Positions 25,628 through 34,835 of a stretch of 64,000 nucleotides of DNA are shown piece after piece. A model generated the notes under the pieces. It had not been told where the DNA came from. It worked only from the letters and a program-made list of their open reading frames with translations, and did not search any database. The stretch spans positions 262,415 through 326,414 of the forward strand of contig NW_002060966.1 in the NCBI RefSeq assembly GCF_000150275.1. The letters run 5' to 3'. How positions within the stretch are numbered: the stretch's first letter is position 1; each line of letters begins with the position of its first letter. The position numbers and the translations under genes were made by a program. This DNA comes from Trichoplax adhaerens. Lineage: Eukaryota > Animalia > Placozoa.

Positions 25628-26691
25628 GCGCTCCGTCCCCTCTCGGTTACCCCTAGCCAGTCCAGAGTAGTCGAGGCCAGGCAATGTTATCTAATTCCTT
25701 CGTTCAGTTTAACCAATGGTTTTAGCTAAGGGTCTCTAATGTGAACTAGAGGATAAAAGTTGATGATTATCAGCCGCGTCATTGATTCCACTTATTTATA
25801 TCTGTAATAATATCTCATGTAGATGGACTAGGATTGTAGAGTTAAAGAAAGAATATTTATTCAAGAAGCAAATATACCTAAGTTTCTTGATATCTTAGTA
25901 TTATTGATAAACTACTTTCGATGATATGGGCATTCATTTTGTTTCGTTTCCTGGTGAACTTCCGCGTATTTGAGAGCTCCAAGAATATTGAAAGCATGGT
26001 ATAGGCGTATGTGAAGTATATTCGTTATTTGATACTCGCGTATGTACTCAGAAAGAACGGTCGTAGGAATAGGATTGTATGGACGGTGTTCGCTGGCTTG
26101 TGCGCGATTATGCAAGCAAATCAAAAGTCTGTAGATGGCTGTAAATAGTTTATTTAGCGTTAGTGTTAACCTGAATTACTCAAGTCAACGTAACAGTTTA
26201 CCAGTAGAGAACTGAAATTTCAATACATTCACGCTACTTTCCAAGGTACCTATCATATATAATAATCCTCGCAACTCTTAAAGGTCCTGGTAAATTACGG
26301 CCTCGTGCAATCAATAAATGCTACAAGTGCGTGTATGAAATACAAGAACGACTTAATAAATTGAATTCTACACGTATATCAGTAAATGATATCTTAATAG
26401 TGCCATCACAGAAATATGTCCATTTCATCGAGAAAGTGGAGACCGTTAATATTTCCTACAGTCACCTCCCACCATAGGCTAAAGCAATCTTTCAATGCAG
26501 ATTGCAGTAATTTCAACATTATGCTTGATACCGTAACTGAGAAAGACAAATTAAAATTAAAACTGTGCATTTTCATTACAGCTACAAAGAATTCTTTTAA
26601 CCTGAAATATCAGGATGGAGATTTACCTTCAGCTGCAGCTACAAATACTGCAATTGAACGCGCTGCTATAGCACTAGCAGAAAGACTGCAA

Positions 26692-26741
26692 NNNNNNNNN
26701 NNNNNNNNNNNNNNNNNNNNNNNNNNNNNNNNNNNNNNNNN
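26692..26741. other. Assembly gap (50 N) downstream of G4 exon 2
   Basis: N run of placeholder length. Confidence 0.99.
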
Positions 26742-26902
26742 TCTGCAGATTAGTATAGTGAGATAGTTCTTTCTCGTTAGAGGTCCTCAGCTAATCGATT
26801 ACGTTGTATCTTCGTAAACGAGGTTTTGTTCAATAAATCTTAATTTTCTAAAGTTTTGAAGATTCTTGATCTATCAGCCTCACAATATCAGTATACAATT
26901 AC

Positions 26903-28033
26903 CTTGCGGTTTGGCTTTAGTTCCAATAACCGCGAACGAGAAATCATCGGTATTCAATGAATTCGTAAATTTATTGAACTGTTCCTGAAGTATATTATAG
27001 CTTTCAAGAAGTGAAGTTAATGCTTGATCTTTAGATTTGCAGAGTTTTTCCATTTGCAAAATGAACACAATCGAAAACGCTGCTGATGAAAGTGAGTTAT
27101 ACAATATATTAATTGGAATATAGTCTGCCATGTCCTCCAAAGACTTTTTCGAATTGTTATTATTTAATACAAAATAAGCATTGATGGATAGAACTGCTGC
27201 CAAATAAATGTTTATCCATACAATTTTCACTTTCTCTAGCCATTCTTTACAGAACGTAAAATCCTTTTGAAAGTTCGACTCTTTCATGTTCGAGTTCAAT
27301 ATATGTGATAAATATGATAAATTTGCTAACGCCATAAATTCTGAAACTTTATACTTGATCATGAAAGTTAGATTTTGGCAGTCTGACATTCTCACAGTAA
27401 GCTGCACAATATTTAAGATGTGCCAGATGGTTACAGCAACTGATAAAATGTTTCGAATGGTTAAAATTGAAAGACGACTTCCACAAATTTGTGATCCATT
27501 TAGTGTAAATAGTTCTAGAAAAGTGATTTCTTCATTTTTTAATACGTTCCGATATTCAGAGGAATTACTGTAAAAGGCAAATATTATTATACGTTAGGAG
27601 TTTGAGGTACGTTTTGAAAAGTAAATGTCGTCTTTATTAAGCAAAGTGTGGCTCAAAGGTAACTGAATCAAATATGCTAAGCTTCAGTACTTTCGAATTG
27701 TATACCTTGATCGTATTAACTTGTCATTCGCACTCTTATAGATTCTCAAGCTTTCCATTATATGCATTGTAGCGACAATGATTAGAGCAAGAATAAATAA
27801 AAGCGACAGTATTGCATAAGAAACTCTTGTCTTTTCTTCGTTCATTGATGGTCCGGTTACGTTTCCTCCTGTTATATCAGTGATGTAAGCCTGCTGATAG
27901 CGACCCAGAAAGATTACAAGTAATATGAAATTTACCATTTCCATTATAGTAGGAGTATTACGTATCAAGCAACAGATACCGTTACAAAATTCTATTTTAA
28001 GCATGTTGCTAAAACCAAACATTTACGATCCAT
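26903..28033 (-). pseudogene. Recent duplicate (G4) of exons 1-2 of the G3 gene; frameshift near the start, exon 3 not visible (50-N gap nearby)
   Basis: Exon 1 is 28033-27706 and exon 2 is 27567-26903 (665 nt, open, same phases as G3). The homologous ATG reads MDRKCLVLATCLK* (TAG); only the ATG at 28022 restores the frame. Could still be functional. Confidence 0.75.
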
Positions 28034-28492
28034 CTACAGTATGATATAGTATATTTGTAATAAGTTCTCGAGCAAATGTAGAGACAACGTATTAGCAAAG
28101 AATAGAACTTTACTACGAATTATAAGTGCGAACTAATAAAGTATGACAGCAACGCTCATATATATAGTCTATCATGGAATATTCTAGAACTTATTAGTAC
28201 TTATTTATTTATTATAATATACATGGACTGAATATTCTAGAAAGTTCTATATGTATACGAGGTTCAAATATGTGCGCATCTAAGACTGACCCTTACGAAG
28301 TCACTCTACTAATACTATGACAATAACCCCTTCATACTTACATATTCTCTATTTCCTAGCATTTGTCATATGGCATTACCATACTTGTAAAATAGGAATT
28401 CGTACGATAACGACTAAATTTTATTTGAAAAAGAAACAAAGCTAATATTACCATCAGCTATTTAGGAGAAAGTTTTACGAAGGCACGAAAGA

Positions 28493-28697
28493 AAGGTTAA
28501 AACTGGTCAATGGTACAACACTATGATCAACTTGGAAGTTGATCCCAACCCTATTCATCAAGAAGCTGATCAAGGCCCAAATTTTGACCCAAAAATATGC
28601 CGTAGAGACTGTCTTCATTCCAAGAATCTCCCTGTTTCACTTCCTGTTATTCAGACAGAATACTGTACAGTTCACCCAACTCGTTACTAAAGCTACC
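28493..28697 (+). mobile_element. Degenerate Helitron PIF1-helicase fragment, copy 2
   Basis: KLVNGTTL*..LIKAQILTQKYAVETVFIPRISL (in and upstream of ORF 28539..28832); close nucleotide paralog of 25397-25627. Confidence 0.8.
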
Positions 28698-28719
28698 GTA
28701 CCGTGCGTACAGAGCGATG

Positions 28720-28832
28720 TATTGTACATTGTACAGTACCGTACAGTATACCGTAAGACTTGGCGCCAAAATGGGTCATTTCAAAAACAGTACTGTACAC
28801 TTCACTGTACTGTACAGTACAGTGTACAATAG
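28720..28832. repeat. Degenerate (CAGTA/TACTG)n microsatellite
   Basis: Runs of gtacagtac and tactgtac; the same motif is dense at 32497-32590 between two Helitron ends. Confidence 0.7.
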
Positions 28833-28834
28833 TA

Positions 28835-29320
28835 TACCTAATTTCAGCTAGCTATTCCTTGGTAATTTTTTTTAGACAAACCTAACTAACTTATGTAGTA
28901 AGTAAAGTTTACAAGAAGTTATAGTTATTTTATTACATTATAGCGTCTTTTCTTTTGTATTATGGAATAAGACTGAATGAGTTGCGGATATTTCTAAAAA
29001 TAAAAATTAGATTCATTTAGCTGTAAGTTGTACTGAAAACCTAGTAATCCTATCAACTAGATGGAAGAAAGATAGAGCTGATGGTGAAATCTATCGGTTT
29101 TTATATTAGCCACGCAATCATATATTTAATCCCTTTGCTGCACTCTAGTATTACGATGATAGTTCAAATTAATTAAACTTCAAGTATACAATATTTGCCA
29201 AAATGATATTTTCTATGCAGTTTTATTTAATAACTTCATTTTTACTGATTTTAGCTTTACACAAGGAATTCCATTTAATAGCTTTGCCAAATGTACATCA
29301 TAGTCACGATTTAATGCGCA
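28835..29320. repeat. Direct segmental duplicate of 34095-34540 (part of pseudogene P7)
   Basis: Near-identical co-linear sequence, e.g. CTAACTTATGTAGTAAGTAAA..GAATAAGACTGAATGAGTTGCG..GCAGTTTTATTTAATAACTTCATTT in both places. Confidence 0.9.
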
Positions 29321-29326
29321 ATTAAT

Positions 29327-29666
29327 TAATCGACGATCCTCGGCTTACAGTAAACTATGAAACTGCCCGTCCTAGTTTAAACTTCAAACCAAACGCATTC
29401 TTAACATTTGAGATGAAATAATGTAAATATTCGTTTATCTGAGGCTTAGAATTTACCGTGATGTCACAAAAAGTGTACGATAATAAAGCTCCATCGTACA
29501 TCAGGTACAGAAATATTGCTTTTTAAATAGACAATTTTATCGGCGGAATATTTGACGATGAGTGTACGATAGTAAGGCTCCATAGTAAATCAGGTATACT
29601 GTAAAGTAAGATGCCGAAGAAGAAAAGTAAGGAAGACTCGTTGTGCAAACTATAAACACGCATGTA
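29327..29666. repeat. Direct segmental duplicate of 21364-21700 (part of pseudogene P1)
   Basis: TAATCGACGATCCT..CAGTAAACTATGA..GTAAAGTAAGATGCCGAAGAAGAAAAGTAAGGAAGACTCGTTGTGCAA..ACACGCATGTA is present in both places. Confidence 0.9.
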
Positions 29667-29728
29667 TTGTATGTACTGTAGGTATCATATATTATAGCTG
29701 AATCATATTCATGCTATATTGTATAATA

Positions 29729-29810
29729 CTAGTACAAACTACCGTCGCTTTGCTGAAAGTTTACGATAATGTACTCATTTGATAATAATTAACAGATAGT
29801 ATTACCATTC
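29729..29810 (-). mobile_element. Helitron 3' terminus, copy 2 (hairpin mutated)
   Basis: ACTAGTACAAACTACCGTCGCTTTGCTGAAAGTTTACGATAATG.. on +; CTAG at 29729-29732 is intact, but one hairpin arm is GAAAG instead of GACGG. Confidence 0.75.
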
Positions 29811-30023
29811 GACATCATACAGTATATATCCCGGTAACAGCCAGGCACTACTATATCCACAGCTATGCTTGCAGAATACTACTTTTCAATAATGCATTCA
29901 CGGATGAAATGCTATGAAATGCTATACTAAGATTGGTTAATGGAACAAAGCACATTATGATAACGAATGTACGGTGATGGATATACCAAGTTAAGATTAG
30001 CAGGTACTGTACAATGTCTTTAG

Positions 30024-32010
30024 TACTGTGGTCAATTCTATACCAATCATTTTAAAGTGTCTAAGGATCGCTTGCGTATGCAAGCAAAGATTGCTTTGTC
30101 GATAACAACCGTTATAAGACAATGTAACAATCAAAATCTGACTTACGGTAACCTTTCGCTCCCTTTACCCGAAAGTTTAATCTCTCCTACTTTAAACTGG
30201 ACTATGATCTTTACTTTATCCATTTTCATTGACATCTTCTGTTTCTTCTATAAATTCGAAAACAGCACGTAGGTAAGCTTACAAGGTATGTTAATAACTA
30301 TGCTATAATGTTAAGGAAAAATTAATAGAATAGTTACCCATAATAATCGAAAACGATGCAGTGTTGACAAGTTAAAGGCGTTATTGCTGTCCTAACTATA
30401 ACGTTCCATGTCAAAATTTAACGTGAATGAACTGATACGGCTCAAAATGATACAATGTTATATTGTATAAGAATTTAATTGACAATACCTATAAGATATA
30501 GACATTGCATAGCATTATCATAACGATGAACGTAATAGCTCGTTACGCTACTTAAAATACTGTGCAGCGCCACTGTGATTAGGGTAGAATGATATTAATT
30601 CTGTAATTATTTTAATCTTGTTCTTTAAAAATGACAGGAATGGATGCCGTGATATTAAAGGTGAATTTAGTATCTTTGAATTATTTGTACCTAGCTACTG
30701 AATAAGACGAGTAAATGGAAACTTGGTATCTGCTATCAATTTTATAGGCCTAGTAATAACTGTAGCCATCGGTTTATATCTTATTGGCGTACACTGGTAT
30801 TGGGCACCTATAGGGAATGACCAGGAATACATACACCTGTTAAGAATGAATGATTCTGAAATTTTCGGACTGTTGTTTGTATCTTGTTTACTTGGTATTC
30901 AAACCAAATTCCATCAAGATTAGCTAATTATTTAAAAGTTGTAATGATGCTTTATTTGGTGCTATCTCTAAGTGTTATGACTCAAATTGAAGTGGATCGT
31001 TTATCGTAAACCGAGATAGTTTTAATAGCAGAAGGGCTTTTAAAATTTGTGCTAGCGTGAAAGTTTACTTAAATGAATTGGAAGCGATTTATGAGTCACA
31101 GGAACAGGTTCTTCTAGAATATCGGAAATATTTAAATAAAATTCAGAAACAATTTCAGACATTTAAGACTTCAACAATCAACGAAGAATCTATATGGATG
31201 AAAGAGATTGAAATCCCATCGCCTGAAGATATGGAAAGCATTGCGGAGATATTTAAGATTTCTATTAGTCCCAGTGATTTAGTAGAAAACTGTCCTCAGT
31301 CTGAAAGTGAGAATATCAAAATTAAGATTATGTATGATGCAATAAAGGACTATGACTGGAGCTATGTGAAGTTGCTAGTATTCTTTGAAGAAGGAGATTT
31401 TCCTCCCAGCCCGACAAGAGAAGCGTATTTAGATAAGTATGCACGGTTAAAATTTTTCTATGTAGTGAAAGTACATGTAAGCAAGCAGCTGCAAGTTTGG
31501 CTTCGAATTTGGAAGAAGAATTTAAATGTAATAAATTTAACTTTGTACAATTTCTAAGAAGTAATACCAGGAATTTAAAAGATATATTTACCCTACCGCA
31601 GTGATTCTATATACTGTCTTTCTCTATATTCTCATGATAATACGTGAAAGAGCATTACCAGAGGTAAATTGGACAATTTTTCTACAGGTCTTGGTCGAAT
31701 ATGGATATATATTCTTAGGTCTAAGACTAATAATTAATTATTGGAAGAGTCATATCGAATCGGATACGACGCTGAAGTTTAACAAAATGTACGTTCAGAA
31801 AATTAAACGTAGGGTGAAGAAAATTAAAAGGAGCAGATTCTTTTAAAAATCATATTGGCAAGAATTTGTATCTGGTACAATTTGGAAATCGGTTCAGAAA
31901 ATATGTTAGTTATGGCATCTCTATCTGCTGAAATGCTTTAACACATTAGCGCGTTATTGTGTTATTTTGCTATTTTTGATTTTATTATTGCCGTCAAGGT
32001 GTTTCAGTGA
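30024..32010 (+). pseudogene. Inverted, full-length but disrupted paralog (P6) of the multi-TM GRL-like family
   Basis: Exon 1 runs to 30268 (AC|GTAGGT, phase 2) with 2 TMs and NLT/NLS sequons; the acceptor at 30638 is also phase 2, as in G3 intron 1. Matches to G3/G4: EFSIFELF vs EISFLELF; SEIFGLLFVSCLLGI vs SEFMALANSSYFLHI; LKVVMMLYLVLSLSV vs VKIVWINIYLAAVLSI; LEAIYESQEQVLLEYRKYLNKIQKQFQTF vs LEKLCKSKDPALTTLHLSLNELTEQFNKF; W..LEIGSENMLVMASL..LLCYFAIFDF vs W..LAFGTSEGAVVNGL..CCGYDCAQQY. Several stops and frameshifts. Confidence 0.75.
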
Positions 32011-32388
32011 CTTAAAATTTGGGAAGTTTTTCAACAAAATACCAGTATTATGGAGTGAACGTTAACTTTTAGAATTTTCCTTCAAGTTTTTTAATTGTAA
32101 TCATCCTAGCTTAGAATTTGTATCTTGATAAGTATTCTAGCTGTAAATATATGCTTCATTTAGTTGATTTTATAAGGGTAGATTTTACTTAATATCTTAG
32201 TATATTGTAAACCCGAATGTTTTATTCGGGTTAGAATTTTAAGATGGTCCGTAGCATAATTTTCGTTAAGAATCAAATAAGGTGAGTTTGTAATTCAAGT
32301 GATATATTTAGTCAATAGAATATATGTATGCTAATTTTGATCATTAATTACAGTAGAAGTTAATGCTACTATGTAATTTCATACAGTA

Positions 32389-32510
32389 CTAGTGCAAACT
32401 TCCGTCGCTTTGCTAACGGTTTACGATAATGTGCTCATTTAACAGATAGTACTACCATTTGATATACCTATCAGAGGTTCAGTAACTATTTACCGTTTAC
32501 TGTACTGTAC
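32389..32510 (-). mobile_element. Helitron 3' terminus, copy 3
   Basis: CTAG at 32389-32392; hairpin CCGTCGCTTTGCTAACGG with one mismatch; shares about 120 bp with 22574-22700, including TCAGAGGTTCAGTAACT. Confidence 0.75.
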
Positions 32511-32590
32511 AGTACGTAAGTACAGTACTTTTGTACAGCATACAGTACAGTACAGAGTACTGTACAGTACTTTAACTTAACAGTACTGTT

Positions 32591-32683
32591 ACTACAAACT
32601 CCCGTCGCTTTGCTGACGGTTTACGATAATGTGCTCATTTGTTAATAATTGACTGATAGTATTACCATTTGATAGACCTGTTA
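32591..32683 (-). mobile_element. Helitron 3' terminus, copy 4 (hairpin intact, terminal CTAG lost)
   Basis: ACTACAAACTCCCGTCGCTTTGCTGACGGTTTACGATAATGTGCTCATTT; lies in tandem about 200 bp from copy 3. Confidence 0.7.
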
Positions 32684-33122
32684 GTGTTGTTAAATTATAA
32701 ATCTAAAAAACTAATCATTAGCCTTGCACTTGAAAACGTCTTTTCTCCTTTATTGTCAGTCTCCGTCTGTTATTATATCATCCCTGGCGCGTACCGATAC
32801 GGTCCGCAAACAAGTGTACAGTATACTGTAAAAATGTATAATTTTAAGTTAAACTATACTTATATTAATTTAATAGTTTTCGGGATAGATGTGTTGAAAC
32901 TTGTTTTACTAATACGTGTATAATGCGTTATTCTGGACGTATTATGAACGTATTACATAAGCAATTGTTGAAATTATATTAACCAATAGAAGCATGAGCG
33001 CCCTATACCAGCTTTTCGAAAATTTTGAATCGTATAAGGCTTGAGCGAGGGTAACGTTCAGTGCAAGACTCCTATAAATATGACAAAGAACCACATGCAC
33101 CACTTTCATAATAGTCAAGAGT

Positions 33123-34740
33123 TTACTGCAAGCTTACCCTTGCCTAACCTAGAACTTCAAAAATAGAGAGCTTCTATAACACGTTCGCTCTTACAATCTT
33201 CTATGCTGATGAATGGGCAAAAGGTATGCAATAATTACGATTATTAGTAAAGAAATTCAGCGAAAAGAGGATACGAGTTGCAATATAAAGCAGTAAGGCA
33301 CTTTCTATTGTATCATTAATACGGCGCATATAACTATAGTTGAGGTTTCAGAGACCAAGTCCCGATACTCTCATCAAAATACATCAGAAATTAGTAATTA
33401 TAGTTTAGACATAACTATATCCGTATTGAAAAAGTTTATAAATAAAGCAAATGCTTGCAATTTTACTGACTGTAGCTGTATTTGTAGGTATTAGTAACCT
33501 TATTAATCTTTCCAACTGCTTTCGAAATACTACAGTATTTATAAGTTGTGTATCTTTAAAGGTCGTAAATAAAATTACCACAAATTCTTTCTATGAGAGT
33601 GTTATCACTATACGTGGACCTTTTGGTATTATAAGACTCAGCTCCTTGTACGAGGTAGGCCAGTCCATACCTGCATTAGTTTTACTCTGCTACTCACGCT
33701 AGGTGAGTATTTCAATTTATAAAAGTTTCTGGCTTTCATGCTCTACCTTTGCCTTTGAATAACAATTTTGGAGAATCATAAAAATCTAGTATTATTTATC
33801 TTTATCCTCTTGACTGATAATCATTAAGGTGGAACATCTGCAGAATGCAGAATATCGGAATGTTAGCACTCTATGACGCAGCTAACGGTAACTGGTAGTA
33901 TATATTGCAGTTTTAAATTTGAAATATAACTTAAGAAAAGTCTATGATCTATTATCTAAGTAAACCCTTATTACTTGAATTCTATACGTTGAAACTCTGA
34001 AATCATAAGCAATAACATACAGTAGATCACATCTATAAAAAAATAGATGAATCGTATATTAAGACTATAAGATTATAAAAGTGGCTAGAGAATGTCTAAT
34101 TGCATCTAGCTATTCCCTGGCAGTTGTTATACGCACCTAACTTATGTAGTAAGTAAAATTTACAAGAAGTTGTAGTTCTTGTTTTATTTTTGAGAAGACA
34201 TTTTATTACATTATTCCCTTTTCTTTAGTATAAAGGAATAAGACTGAATGAGTTGCGAATATTGCTAAAAGTAAAAGTTAGATTCATTTAACTGTAAGTT
34301 ATACTGCAAAACCTAGTAATCCTAGCAACTGGATGGAGGGAAGATAGAGTTGATGACAAAATCTATCGATATTCAGATTAGTACTTCAGATTAATTGTAC
34401 TTCAAGTATACAATATTGCCAAAATGGTATTTTCTATGCAGTTTTATTTAATAACTTCATTTCAACTAATTTTAGTTTTATGCAAGGAATCCCATTTAAC
34501 AGCTTTGCCAGTGGTTATCATAACCACAATTTAGTGCGTATACATTCAAATTTTCATGTAATTTTGGCGAAGCAGTACCTTGCAGTACCAAAATGACGGC
34601 AAATTGTTGTAGATAAAACATCATTGTCGATATCAATTTCCTAGATACTAGATATGATGAGAATTAAAAACACAGTAAATCCTACGGATATAAATTAATC
34701 GTGATCAGATTAAGAGAAGAAATACTTAAGATTACAGCAT
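33123..34740 (-). pseudogene. Near full-length decayed paralog (P7) of the multi-TM GRL-like family
   Basis: FYLQQFAVILVLQGTASPKLHENLN vs G3 FILEIFAIIIVASMHTAEDSRINKNAN; KIKQELQLLVNFTYYIS vs KYKVSEFMALANSSYFLH; LFQYGYSYV*TIITNF* vs P6 LVEYGYIFLGLRLIINYW; LLYIATRI vs LKIILARI; ends KLSIFEVLG*ARVSLQ*. Many in-frame stops. Confidence 0.7.
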
Positions 34741-34835
34741 GAAATGATTCTCTTTAATACATGTATCAATAAACATTTACAATTCGGTGATAAACCGTAT
34801 AAGGATAACAAAAATGAAAATGAGACATCTATTAG

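Noticed and set aside
33451-33702. Plus-strand hydrophobic ORF
   Set aside because: Antisense to pseudogene P7, whose minus frame carries the family motifs.
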